Shown: one piece after another, positions 41,469 through 55,808 of the stretch | How positions within the stretch are numbered: the first letter of the stretch is position 1 | Layout: each line of letters opens with the position of its first letter | Assembly: GCA_013239625.1 (NCBI GenBank) | Contig: MU053304.1 | Coordinates: 1,674,001-1,738,000, forward strand | DNA from: Lama guanicoe | Taxonomy: Eukaryota | Direction: 5' to 3' | DNA length: 64,000 bases | Notes under the pieces: generated by a model | What the model saw: the letters and a program-made list of their open reading frames with translations, nothing else | Databases searched by the model: none | What the model was told of the DNA's origin: nothing | Position numbers and translations under genes: made by a program

Positions 41469-42428
41469 GTAAAGATAGTTACTGAGCCTACAAGAAACTT
41501 TTATCATGGGCTACCTGTTACTACTGTTCTTGGTTGAAACTAATTCAGATAAGCTCATCTGAACATAATCTAGCAATGCCTACACCTCTAAAGGAAGCTT
41601 TTTATTTAGTGGTGATTTGATGATTTGGAATTGGAACATGATCCATCTGGTTTTTCATTTTTACTGTTTAACTGGATAAAAATATTATATGATATATTTA
41701 CTGTTTATGTTTTAAAATTTTCCTTCATTAGAATTACATGTATAGCTAGTAATGAAATAAGATGTTGAAAAAGGGGTAGCTTAATATATTGGTCTCTGGT
41801 ACCTAATAACATGATGCAGTCTAGCAGGATGCTTTTTTACTGTGTCTTGATCAGCTATTTCAAACTCAATATAGGATGTATACATAAACTCCAGGTATTA
41901 TAATGTTGTAAAAAGCATCCTTATATTATGTGTACACTCGTCACAAGAGAATGGGTATGTATTTTTATTGTCTTCAGACAGTTGATTTGTGTAATAGATC
42001 CTTAATGTGAGGCTTAAAAGAAACATTTATTAATCAGCTTAATACTGCTTTTGAGTTCCTGAAAGAATTTAACAACAATCACTTTTTGACTAGAAAAACT
42101 ATAACGATTTTTCTCACTTTTTGGAATTGACAAAAATAATGTTTGTTTTTAGAGGATCTCATCATCAGTATCTGGTTGGGAAATACCATCAGAGTGGAAA
42201 TAGCACAGAGGTGCTTAGCATATAATTTCTTCAAATTAAATATTTACTTTGGGTTTTTCTTGGACCTTTTATATGGTCCCTGATGACATTGATATTTAAT
42301 ATCTCCATAAAATCTTAAGATGCCCTAGAGTTGGCACATGGCTGTTATAACTTATATTACATTAGAATAGGCAAGTGGTCTCGAAAAGTTTAATGCAGCT
42401 TCCCTTTAACATTCAGAATGGAAAGTGA

Positions 42429-42632
<204 letters not shown>

Positions 42633-43634
42633 TGACTACTTTTAAATTCACCCTCTTCGCCACCCCCCACCCCCTGCAAAATCCTTATTTATTAGTTGAG
42701 TGCTGTTTTGTTTTACTGTTTGCCTATTCATGAAAGAAAGTTTCCATTATAAGGAAGTTTTCATGAAATTTAACCTGTTTTTAAAAAATACGACTTCTGT
42801 ACTTTTTTGCCTTAAATATAACAGCTCTTCAAGATTTTCTTCTATTCTTTTATTTTTTGATTGCCCGAATTGGAATCAGTAGAAAACCATCCAAAGTGTG
42901 TAATAAGATTGACTTTTTTTTTTGGACTATAGAAGAGTAAAGAATCTTAGATGATTACATTGATTATTACAGTATCTGATTACATGATTTGCATAGATTT
43001 GCATCTTGAGTTTTTTATGGTATAATAAAATTTAACCCAGTAGACAGTCGATCGTAAATGAGCCTGAGAGGAAAGATTTCTCAGCAGAATTACCAGTAAC
43101 TAGACTCATTTAATCAAATTAATGTATTATAACCCAGAGATCTTGTCATATATGGTAGACACAACAGTGACTCTTTAAGTCTCAATTTGTAACTAAGAAT
43201 AACTTAATGCATAATCACAAATTCAGTTAAATTTTGTCTGGTATAGAATACTGTCTTTAGCATCCTTAAACAAAATTTACATTTAAGCATTTTTAATAAC
43301 TTCTATTCATAATTTTTCCATAGGATCAGTAGGCTTCTTGCAGACTTCAGTCTTGATTAATTTCAGAATTTATAAAATGTGCTGATACTGAAACCTATAA
43401 ACTCTGACCTTACAAATATACACTTATATAGTTTTCCATCAAATATTCCAGGTTTTTTTTTTTATAATGCAGAGTGTGTACATGTGCTCACATATGTGTA
43501 CTTGTACGTGAGAATTTTAAGAAGCAGGTGGTATTCGTGTATTTGTTTTGCTTTTGCTGCCCTGATACTCAGCTCTCAAATAATGTACCCTCTCGCACAG
43601 TTCTTGAAGCCTTGAAAATGGATTTTTATTTGGC

Positions 43635-44110
43635 GTCATTTATTAGGTACTGGGATTATACAAAGCCATGAATAGGAAAATAAGCAGAGTTGTTTCCCAC
43701 ATGGAGCTTCTGTGTTAGAGATGGACCCTGGCAATAAACAAGACAATTACTATAGTAAAATTTCAGGCTGTGTCAGTGCAGTGAAGGAAGACAAAGCAGA
43801 ACAAGGAAGAAGGTTGTTTGGTGTGGTGGGAGTGAGGAAACCAGCTATGCACAGATCTGAGGGAAAGAGGAAGTGCCAGGCCAGAGGTGGAAATGAGCGT
43901 AGCTTGCTCATTAGACAGCAGGAGGGACCTGCGGAAAGTGAAAGGAAAGTGGTAGAAGATGAAATGTGAGAGGCACAGGCACTTGACAGGTCAAGTCAGA
44001 CCTTTGCAGGCCAGCAGCAAGTGTGGGGTTTAACTACAGGGTAATCAGGATTTATAGAAAATAAGGATTGAGAAAAGGGGAGTGAAATGATCTTTATTAT
44101 GAAAAAGATC
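43635..44110 (-). mobile_element. L2 LINE fragment
   Basis: taggtactggg..catggagctt..ggggagtgaaatgatct. Confidence 0.55.
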
Positions 44111-44812
44111 AAACATACTTGAAAGCTGAGAGTAGTAACTGTATAGTACCTCCATGAACGCACCACCAGTTACCGGAGCGACTGTTGTTTCATTCATATC
44201 CTCAGTTGTTCTCCCCACCCCAAGATTATTTTTAATCAGTTCCATCTGCATATATTTGAATTTGTAACTATAAAAATAAGAACATAACTACAATACTTCC
44301 TAAAAATGTTTATGTTCTTATTTTTATAGTTACAAATTATTCTGGTTATATTAAGAAGCAAATCTTTATTATTAAGTATCTGTTCAGAGTTCAAGTGTTC
44401 CAGTCCTCTCATAAATCCATTTAAAAACTTTATTTGAATCAGGATCAAAACATAATCCACACCTTATCATCAGTTAACGTGAGTATGTGTGTGTTTTAGG
44501 AGAGATTTGATTTCATTTATTTTTAACCACTTCATTTATTTCTGGAGAGAAGGCTGGGAAGAAAAATTGCTGCAGGTCTGTTAAGTCTTGAGTATTGCAC
44601 ATGAAATTAATGTAAACCATAGACTGCAACAAGAGTAGGAAACAGTGTCACACACCCCCATGCCCATGCCCCAGCTTCAGCAATGCTTGCTTCATGGCCA
44701 GTCCTTGTTTTTATGCTCACCAGCATCCCTCCTCATATTAGTTTGAAACGAATCCCAGACATTATATAATTTTGTCTGTAAACATCTCATCACGTACTCA
44801 AGATAGTGTTCT

Positions 44813-44816
<4 letters not shown>

Positions 44817-44853
<37 letters not shown>
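44817..44853. repeat. (CA)n microsatellite, ~18 units
   Basis: Direct reading. Confidence 0.95.
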
Positions 44854-44854
<1 letters not shown>

Positions 44855-44855
<1 letters not shown>

Positions 44856-44950
44856 CATGCAGAAGATCCTGGGTTCAATCCCCGCTACCTTCATTAAAGT
44901 AACTAAATATGTAAATAAACCTAATCCCCCCACCCCAAACAAAACAAAAC
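44855..44950 (+). mobile_element. 5'-truncated tRNA-derived SINE (same family)
   Basis: gcatgcagaagatcctgggttcaatcccc (B box)..aaataaacctaat..aaacaaaacaaaac tail. Confidence 0.72.
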
Positions 44951-46242
44951 CCACGCACACACATTACTATTATTATATCCGAAAGGTAAACCAGTAATTC
45001 CTTATTAATAGATACCCAGTCAGTGTCAAATTTTCCATTGTCTCAAACGTCATAAGTAAATTTCTTGTAAACTGGTAGTTGCATCTAGAGGCTTTTTCAG
45101 ATTCAAGTTTGATTCTTTATTTTTTTGCCTCTGGTGGGGAAACACTATGCAAAAGTGGTACTGTTTTCTAATATTAGGAAGCACTCAAAGTCCGATCCCC
45201 TCTTAAGCCATTGAAACTCCGTGCCTTGAAGGCAGAGATTGCAAATGATAGTGTTCCATATCTAATGTTCATCCTTCATTTACTAGGGTAAAAGAAGTAA
45301 TTTAGTTGAAATATGTGAAGAATATCTCTCCCTTGCATTAGGTTACCCTGTAGAATAGTTGGTAGAGGGAAAATATTTCCTGTCCTTTTTTTTTTTAACC
45401 AGTTTTCAAAATAGTTGGTTTTTGCATTCTTCAAAGTGCTGTTATTGTTTTTTTAAGTATTATTGTCAGGCGGATTTAAGATTGGCTTTCGTTGATGGTT
45501 AAATTGCCCACTTGTTATCTGATCTTTTAGCAGGTAATCTCTGAATCTTTCTGATGTGATCTCACACCTAGGAAATAATTGTATTTAATAATCTTTTAAG
45601 ATAAAAATAATGAGCTCATAGTGACACTGCCAATTCAGATTCCAGGCTGCAGAGGTTATATTTATCTTGTATCTTTCTCCCATGCCAAAAGTTTCAGTTC
45701 AATGATTATAACATAGTCATTTATTTGCTTTATCCTACAGGACAAAATTCCAGCTTAACACCAAAAATAGTAGTATTGAGAAAGTTTTAATTTTGTAATA
45801 GTTCTTTTTTTGTTCTTGGGATATATCTCACTTTGTGGTCAGATTTTTATATTTCAGTCATTTGAAATTTTCTTCTTGTTCATACTGCCAAGTTAGTTTG
45901 GCTCATTTGTTTTATTTTGCTCTTAATTTTTAGGGGTTGATTTTAAAATGTAATTTTGCTTTTTTAAGTGTGTAATATTTATATGGTTCCTGAAGTCAAA
46001 TCTGTAAGTAAGGTGTATTTTTAAAAGTCTTACATTCTTTTTCTACCCCTTTAGCCTATTTCCTCCTCAACACAAATAACCTTTGTTAATTTTATGATCT
46101 ATCCTTTTGCTACTTACTCAAGAAAACAAAAACAAATCCATATTATCTGCTTCACAGACACTGTCCTTAGATAAGAGTAGTAAAAACTACATACTTTCCT
46201 TGCTTTTTACATTACATTTTGGTGTTTACTCTCCATAGCTGC

Positions 46243-46322
46243 TATGTGCGCGCGTGCGCGCGCACACACACGCACGCACGCACACACACACACACAGCTA
46301 TATACGTATAGAGAGAGAGAGG
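46243..46322. repeat. Compound (CG)n/(CA)n/(TA)n/(GA)n microsatellite
   Basis: Direct reading. Confidence 0.9.
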
Positions 46323-48361
46323 AGATTCCCCTTCCCTTTTGTAAAGCTGCCATTGTGCTGCAATGTGTGGATGTACAGTTTATTTAGCCAGTCCTCTGTT
46401 GGACATTTGGGTTATTTCCAGTGTTGGTCGTGTTGCAGTGGAATACAGGTTTCCTAATTTTCCTAGAGGATAGATTTCTCAAAGGGGGACTGCTTTGTAA
46501 AGGATAAATACATACATCTTGGCAGATGTTGTAAATCAGCCTGTTTGGGAGATGTACCATTTTTATTTCCACTAGTCACGAATAACAACAGTATGATGTC
46601 ATTTTTTTTTCCTTCTGCTAACTTTTTAGTTATATATCCTTGTATACTTTTTTTGGGGGGTGGGGGCTGTTTACCCTAGAGATTATAATGCAGATCCTTG
46701 GCTTATTATAGTCTACCTTATAATAATACTTTTATCATACCCAAACAGTGCAAGCACCTTATAGCAACTTGACTTTTTTTCTTGCCATCCTTTATGCCGT
46801 TGTTTTAATTTGTTTTCCTTATACATATGTTATAAACACAGTAAGACAATTGTTATTTTAGAAAATCCATATTCCTTTATGTTTGCCCACTTAGGTGCCA
46901 TTTCCAATGCTCTTAATTCCTTGCTGCAGTTCTTTCTTCTATCAGGATTGTTTCCCTTCAGCCTGAAGAACTTTTTTTCATATAGTAAGTGACTGCTTTA
47001 ACGACTCCTCTATGCTTTTGTTTGAGAAAGCCTTGATTTGCCTTAATTTTTAAAAGAGATTTACCTCAGATGTAAAATCCCATGCTAGCACTTGGTAATG
47101 TCTTCTGGTTTCCATAGTTTATGTTTAAAAATCTTACTGTTACCCTTTCAAGGCAATGCTTTTCTTCTATGGCTTCTTTTAAAATTTGCTTTTTCAAATT
47201 TTATTAATTTTTAATAGTTTGACTATTAGACGTATATAGTGACTTTTTTTTTTTCGTTTTTAATTTGCTCAGGTTTCACCAAGCCTTTGTATCTATGAGT
47301 TGATTCCTTTCATCAGTTTTAGAAAATTGCTGGCCATTATCTCGTCATATATTGTTTCTTTTATCTCATTATCTCTTTGAATATTCTCCTTCCTTTCCTT
47401 CTGGGAATATCAAGCTCATACATGTTCATACTTTGGACTTCATCTACTGTGTCTCTCTAGCTCTATTTTATTTTTGTTTTTCCCAGAATTTTTCCTTTTG
47501 CTCAGTTTGAAAACTTTTTATTAATCATTTTTCAGATTCACTAATTCTTTTTTCTGCTATTTTCTTCAGTCTTTGGTTAAAACCCTCAGTGACTTTAAAA
47601 TTTCAGATATGATGTTTCCCAGTTCTAGGTAGTTATTTGATTTTTTTAAATAATAAGATTCCAATTTTCTGTTGAGTTTCTTTATATTCTTACCATTTTG
47701 TCCACCTTTGCTTATATTTTCAATTTATTAATCATAGTTATTGAACACTTATAATTCTAGTGGTGTTAGTCTGCTTCTGGTTTTTTTTTTCCCCCTTTTG
47801 ATTATTAGTCACATATTCTTCTGCTTCTTCATATGTCTGGTAATTGATTATATGAACTGAAAGACCCCAAACGATGCTTTCCTCTAGTGAGGGTTTCCTC
47901 TTTTTCCATGTTAAACGGAAAGGGTCAGGAGCAGATCAGTTTGCTCTAGTCAGGGCTTTAGCTTGCTTTGACTGAATTACAATTTTTATATGACTCATTT
48001 CACCTCTGGCTCATCCGTTTCTCAGTTGTGACCTCCCAGGGTTTTTAATGATTGAGAACCTTGCAAGTCTCTGTCTATTTAGACTTTATATTCATTATGC
48101 AGTTTCAAAATGTGGCAGATGTCTTGGGGGTGGGGCACTGGCTGTGTGTTTGAGGCGGGCCTCCTCCCTCTCTGGGGACTTTGTCTTCTGAGCACCATCA
48201 GACCACAGGAGTTTTTATTCTGTCTTACCAAAACCTCTGAGTCAAACCCAGCCGTCTTCACAGCTCCAGAACTCAGCAAGTGTCCGGTGGGGCCAATTCA
48301 GTTGAACGTATCAGCCTCCTGTGACTCCATGAAGTGCCACAGCTTCTCTTTACCTCTGTAT

Positions 48362-48685
48362 CAGCAGTTGGCAAACTACAAAAATTTGGTCCCAAGGACC
48401 AGATTTGGTCTCTTGCTTGTTTTGATACAGCCTATGAACTGAAAATGATTTTTACATTTTTAAATGGCTGAAAAAGTTTTAAAAGTTTAATATTTTGTGG
48501 TGTGAAAGTTAAATGAAATTCGAATTTCAGTGTCTATAAATAAAGTTGGATTGAAATACAGCCTTGCTCAGTTCACATATTGCCTGTGTCTGCATTTGTG
48601 CCACAGGGCCAGGGTCCAGTAGTTGCAGAGCCCAAAACATTTACTGTCCGGCTCTTCATAGAAAATGTTTTCCTACCAACCCTGA
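48362..48685. mobile_element. MER58B-like MITE
   Basis: cagcagttggcaaactac..ttttacatttttaaatgg..cagtgtctataaataaagtt..aaaacatttactgtccggctctt. Confidence 0.75.
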
Positions 48686-49165
48686 TCTGTGATGGTGGTT
48701 TTCAAAGTGCGGTCTTTGGATTCCTGGGAGGTTCCTTGCCTTTTCACTGTTACTTGGATTTCATTTATTCTGATGGAGGTATTTAGAGGGATATAGCATT
48801 TCCTTTGACGTCTGGGCATCGTTGTTTAAAAGGCTTTTATTATTGCAGAAGGCTTTTTTGCTCTCTAGATATACATGTTTTTAAAAGCAGCTATGTGTTC
48901 AAGGTAGCAGTTCATAGTAGTCTTAGGGATATTATTTTTTGTTTTAGCTGTTAAAAACCAATCAATTTGGCTCATTTAAAAAGATAAAGATTTAAAAAAC
49001 AAAAAATATATAAATAACTGTGATACCATTTTAAGGCAAAGTAAATCCAACTAATTTAATTCTGTCTTGAATTGTCAGCAGCCTGTCTTAACTTTGGAAT
49101 AGATCTGGCCTTTAATTGGGATCCAAAGAAGACAAGCAGCCAATTACCATGTAAAGTCACACTGA

Positions 49166-49381
<216 letters not shown>

Positions 49382-51858
49382 TAAGACTTTTCCCCTCATT
49401 TTATCTCTTCTGAATGATGCCCATATTTTTACTAAAAGCATGATTATTGTCATTGGGAATTTTAAAATATGACAGGACCAAGAGATAGTCAAGTGTGGCT
49501 TAGTGCTTTTATTTCGTGCTTATAGAGATTGTGAGTGACTGTTAATGATGAAGTAGTAAAATTTCTAAACCATTTCTTGATGAATGACTACTTACATTAT
49601 CTTTGATACTTAAATGACTGGTTTTAAATTTTAAGTTGTTACCCCCATCAGGTAATATACTATGCCAAAACACATGCTTTTGCTTTTTCACATGGGACGA
49701 TAGAGGCAGCTCTATTGTGGGTTGTCTTTGTGGGCCACGAAAGTTGCAGGCTTGATAGTCGTGTGCATGGCAGAGCAGTCGGGCTAGAATACTGCATGGA
49801 TCCTTCCAGCCAAACAGGTTTTATGTTAGGCAAAACAAAAGAAACAAAACAATACTCGACAATATAAAAAACAGTTTTAAAAAATCTTTTAACGGTTTTC
49901 AACACAGTTGTGAGTTGATATTTAGAATTTATTAATATCGTTAATCACTTAAGCTTTTTAATGTGAAAGCAATAGGAAGAGGAATTGCCATTACCAATGT
50001 AGGCCCCGGAGCATAATATATCTTTTAAGTAGTGGCTTAGTAATTTTCTCAGTGTGAGATGAAAGAAATTGGCTATAATTTAAGATTAAAATTAAGTCTG
50101 AATGAAATAATAACAAAAGACTAACATGCGTCATGGGTACATTCATACCATGTTTTACCTTGGAAGTTAAAATAAATACCATTTAAGTCTTTGTTTACAC
50201 ATCCAGTAAAGTTCACAAAAATGAAATTGTGATTGGAATATCAGTTTACCTCATTTGATCGCTTTATTGGATTACAGAGAGATTGGAGTGTGAGGAGAGA
50301 GCTGACGGAGGGCCAGTCAAAGACAAGATGACATCGTCTTTATTCTGCCTGTTCTTATTTGTTGGCTGGCTCCGTACTGGCAGGGAATGTTACAGGAAGG
50401 AGCAGTTTCTTTACCTTCTGCCATGCAGACCTCCTCCCAGTAACAAAAGCTTAAGTCTTACCAGTTCCACTCTAAAGGCTTGCATGTTAATTTCTGAATG
50501 TTTCATGAAAGCAGTATTCGCCTTTGTAGCTTGGCATTTTGCCTATGTTAATATTCATGCCCAAATTATCATTTTCTTCAATAGCTGGCTTTTATGACCT
50601 GAATTAAACTTCCTTGTTTGTTTGTTGTTGTTCATTTAAAAATAAATAGTAATGGAGAACTAGGTTTACTATATACTGTCTCTGTTAAAATGCAGTTTTT
50701 ATTAGTTAAAGGAGCTGTTGAATCTAGGCAGAAGTGTTAACACATAATCTAATTTACGTACTTTGGATGGTTGTTGATTAGATTTAAGTACTTACGGGAC
50801 CTACACAAGTCGGCTCGTGCTATTAATAATGAGTGTTAATGAGTTGTCCGGATTTATCTTTCATCACAGTTGAATATTATGAATATATATCCATCAATCA
50901 CCATATACCATAAACAGTCATTTTTGGTGAAGAACCTGTTTACAGCAGTCCTTGCCAAATGTGGGCTTACAAAGATCATTCCACCTGAAGAATTGGGGAA
51001 TTTATTACTTTTTCTGTTAACATAACAACTCCTTTTAATTTAGAGTAGTTGTTTTAAGTGACTGTGAGTAATTTGAGACAGTGTACACTCTCGTGTGTGT
51101 GTTTCACACAGTTATCAGGACCTTTGGTGTGTAGATATACTTTATCCAGCATAATTCAGAGCTGAGAAGACATTGATAGTAAATGAGTATTATCTTAGAA
51201 TATCTGATGTCTGTTATTATAGTCATATATTTTATTGAAGGGTACTTTACAGCTTAAATTCAGTGCATTAAGATTTTTCCATTGAACTAGAAGACAGTGA
51301 ATGATTGTCTGCTTCCCCAAGTAGGACATTTCTTTGGCAACTTTGGCTGCTCCAGGAAGATGGAGAGTATATGCCTAGTAGTTCTTTCATCCTCCTCTTT
51401 GAAAAACATGATTGAAATCTGCTTAAGATCTTTTCCTCAGGAGAAAGTAATGTGGAATCACTTCGACTAACTCATGCATCTGTAGAATAATTACATTAAT
51501 TTGAGTTTTAATTAGTGAGTTAATTCCTAACGTGATCAATATTGTGTTTAAATCCTAGACGACTGTGTATTTTACAGCTGAGTTAAATGGTGCTTACCAC
51601 AATTTAGAGCAGCCGATTAACAAGAATTTCTAAGCTGTGGTCTTTAATCTGTACTCATAGTTGTTAATTTAACAAATGTCACTGCATTGCTGGTCTGTTT
51701 ATTTATGTATTAAATGTTCATTGACACTTGCTAAGCCCTTAATGACATGTTAATGGGCTTCTGAAGAGGGGAGTAGAGGAAATGGAAGAAGAAATACTTG
51801 TCAGACTTCTAAGATACAGATAGCTTTTAATACTTTGTTATAATCTTTTTTATAACAG

Positions 51859-51894
51859 ATAACATTACTGCAGATGGAGCATAATTTTGATATT
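51859..51894 (+). CDS. TRIP12: 36-nt exon; ITLLQMEHNFDI
   Basis: aacag|AT acceptor, ATT|gtaagt donor. Confidence 0.94.
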
Positions 51895-51976
51895 GTAAGT
51901 ATGTGCTATATTTTTTAAAAACGCTCCAAATTAAAATTTTGAGGTTTTTTTTGAGTAAAGATGGCTTCTTTTCTAG

Positions 51977-52141
<165 letters not shown>

Positions 52142-52319
52142 TGAATTCTAAAGTAGTATATCAAATAGTAAGGCCACATTAAAACACATTTTTTAGCATC
52201 CATTATCTAACTATATTTTTTTGCCAAGATTCCAGGAAATGTTTCATGTTTAGCAGGGACGTAGTTTAAAAAGTTGATGCTAATAAAGCATTTGTAAAAT
52301 CAACCCAGCTTTATAATTT

Positions 52320-52520
52320 TTAATAATAGCAATTACTATGTTAGTATAAAATCTTTCAGTGAAGAACGTAGAGCACTTGATTAAAAATAAAAATAATCTC
52401 ATTATTTCTAGAAAACATCCCAATGAGGTTGATAGCTATTTAAACCCTCATTTTACAGCTGAGAAGGCTGAGACAAAGTGCCTTGCTCAAGGTCATAAAG
52501 TGAGTCAGTGGAGAAAGGAA
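52320..52520 (-). mobile_element. MIR SINE
   Basis: cctcattttacagctgagaaggctgagac..ccttgctcaaggtca. Confidence 0.65.
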
Positions 52521-52920
52521 ATTTTTTCATATGGTCTGTGCTAGGTTGTGTTTTTGTCTGTGTTAAAGACCTTTTTCTTTTAAATGCACAATAAAATTTG
52601 CATTATCTGATAACATTGGAATATGGTATAAAGTTTAAAACTTGATTTTTAAAATTAGTTATATAAACCAACTCATTTATTTTAAATATGAAGATTTAAA
52701 GTTATGTAATTGAATTTAGTTTATTCTCTCTGTAAAACATACTTTTCAATATTTTAAAACAAAGTAGTTGGAAGGAAACTGTATTGGCTATATGTTACAG
52801 CCTAAGCTCACAAGTCACTGGTTTCCTATGGTGGGTTTCAGGTTAGGCAGCATAGATTGATGGAAATGGTAGAAAATGTGTTTATTTATGTTGGAGATAA
52901 GCAATGATAAAAGAACTTGA

Positions 52921-53112
<192 letters not shown>

Positions 53113-53245
53113 TAGCTCCTAGGTTCCAGCCTCTGTAAGTTACATACTGTTCCAAAGTGATGTGCTAGACTTTCGTAGGCTTAATTTTTTTTTTTAATTT
53201 CTGAAAAAGGATATTTCTTCACTTTAACAGTTTCCTGTATTTTAG

Positions 53246-53599
<354 letters not shown>

Positions 53600-54104
53600 T
53601 GAACACTATTTTAGGTACTTGATATCTTCACCTATTTTGACTTTAAGGGTTAAATTTATTATTTCAGAAACACCGAATGTTTACTGTGTGATATAGTTAG
53701 AACTTCCTTTTGGAAAGATCACCCTTTCCTGAAAGATACTGGGTTAGGCAGACAAAACTAGAAGGATGTGGGTTAAGATCAGAAAAGAGATGAGACTGTG
53801 TCCCAGACAGAAATGAAATGAAAAATGCAGACTGTAGCTGCTGGGGTTGGAGAAGAGCAGGAGCAGTTGTTCGGGAGATGGAACCAGTGGGCCTGGTGAT
53901 GCGGTGTGAGGCAGGGCTTACAGGAGCCTCTAGTAAGGACAGATTGTGAGGTAAGCTTCAAGTTTGTAGAGTAATAGAATTTTCTTGTAATGTTTCAGAG
54001 TGTTGTTATTGCTTAAGAGATATTTAAAAATCTGGCTTTTAAATCATGTCCTTTACCAAGTGTGCTTAAAATCTTCTTGGGGAAAATTAGGTACATAAAA
54101 TATA

Positions 54105-54577
54105 CAGGCATGCCTCAAGAGATTCTGTGGGTTCGGTTCCGACTACTGCAATAAAGTGAAATATCACAATAAAGTGAATGATAAGAATGTTTTGGTTTCC
54201 CAGTGCATATGAAAATTATTTTTATACTATACTGTAGTCTATTAAGTGTGCAATAATGTTATGCCTAAAAAAAATGTACATACCTTAATTAAAAAATACT
54301 TCTTCATTGCTAAAAAAGGCTAACCAGCATCTGATCCTTCAGTGAATTGTAGTCTTTTTGCTGGTGGAGGGGGAGAGTTTGAAATATTTTGAGAATTACC
54401 AAAATGTGATGCAGAGACATGAAGTGAGCAAAGGCTGCTGGGAAAATGGCGCCGATAGACTTGCTTAGTGCAAGGTTGCCACAAACCTTCAGTCTGTAAA
54501 AAAGCAAAGCAACAACAACAAAACGCAGTATCTGAAAAGTACACTAAAGTGAAGCACCATAAAACGAGGTGTGCCTG
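54105..54577. mobile_element. Tigger1-derived non-autonomous DNA transposon with both termini
   Basis: ta|caggcatgcctc ... gaggtgtgcctg|tg degenerate TIRs; internal ggaaaatggcgccgatagacttgct..gcaaggttgccacaaaccttca. Confidence 0.85.
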
Positions 54578-55453
54578 TGTTAAATGAGGGATTTACAGAA
54601 GGTAGATAAAATAATACTGATTATTGAATCATTGAAGTATTTTGCTTCTAAGATGATCAACACACAAGTAGTGCCATTCATTGTTCATTTTAAAAAACGT
54701 AGCAGGCTTTATTGGGACTAGAACTATGTTGTCTACTTAGCTGTGAGGTCAGCACCTTACTTAGGACATGAGAATCAGAGAAGTTAAATAGTTGGCTTTG
54801 TAGAATTCTTACTAGACTTAAGTAGTGACAGCGGAGGTGTAGGGCTTATAATACCAGAATTACTCTCATTTTTACACAAGCTAGTCTAGTTTTTACATCT
54901 AAAACCCATTTATCAATTAGGAAAAAACAAGGTCTGTCAAAATACTTAAACCATTAAGTTCTTTCTGTTTTTATGAGAGTTACTCCAAATGATTTCTCAG
55001 TGAGACCACTCTAATAGTATTTTCAATTGTCTTCATAGTGAATATAGCAAACATACGCCTAGTTTGTATTATCAGCAAACCTCTGGCTCATGCACATACT
55101 TAACGATTTACAACTTTTTAGTGTATGCGTGTTTTAGACGTTTTGCTTTTTAGGATGGTAGGATGCTTATTTTTTCTTTATTATAGTTTTTGTTTATGTA
55201 TTGAAATTATGCAATGGCAAAAGTTGTTCCTTTTTTTCTGTATGTTTACTTTTATCCATTGGGGCCTTACTGGAGGAGAGAGGTTCTCTCAGTTGATCCT
55301 CTTTGCTTTGAAATTATGACATTACTGATTGCTTGCTTAGGTTCACTGTGCTTTTAAAGAATTTGGGTTTAGGAAAGAAGATAAGGAAGTGATGTATGGC
55401 AGTGAAAATGTTTTTTGTTAACAAACTTTATTTTCTTTTACAAAAAAAAATAG

Positions 55454-55522
55454 GACAAAAAGTCAGTAGAAAGCACTTGCCTTTGTTTTGCACGTCTAGT
55501 GGACAACTTCCAACATGAGGAG
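55454..55522 (+). CDS. TRIP12: 69-nt exon; DKKSVESTCLCFARLVDNFQHEE
   Basis: atag|GA acceptor, GAG|gtaagc donor. Confidence 0.94.
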
Positions 55523-55526
55523 GTAA

Positions 55527-55808
<282 letters not shown>

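Larger units (their letters stand above)
44230..47900 (-). mobile_element. Cluster of degraded old L1 fragments with nested younger insertions
   Basis: ttggacatttgggttatttccagt; tttagaaaattgctggccattatctc; tttcagattcactaattctttttctgct are typical antisense L1 motifs. Confidence 0.55.
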
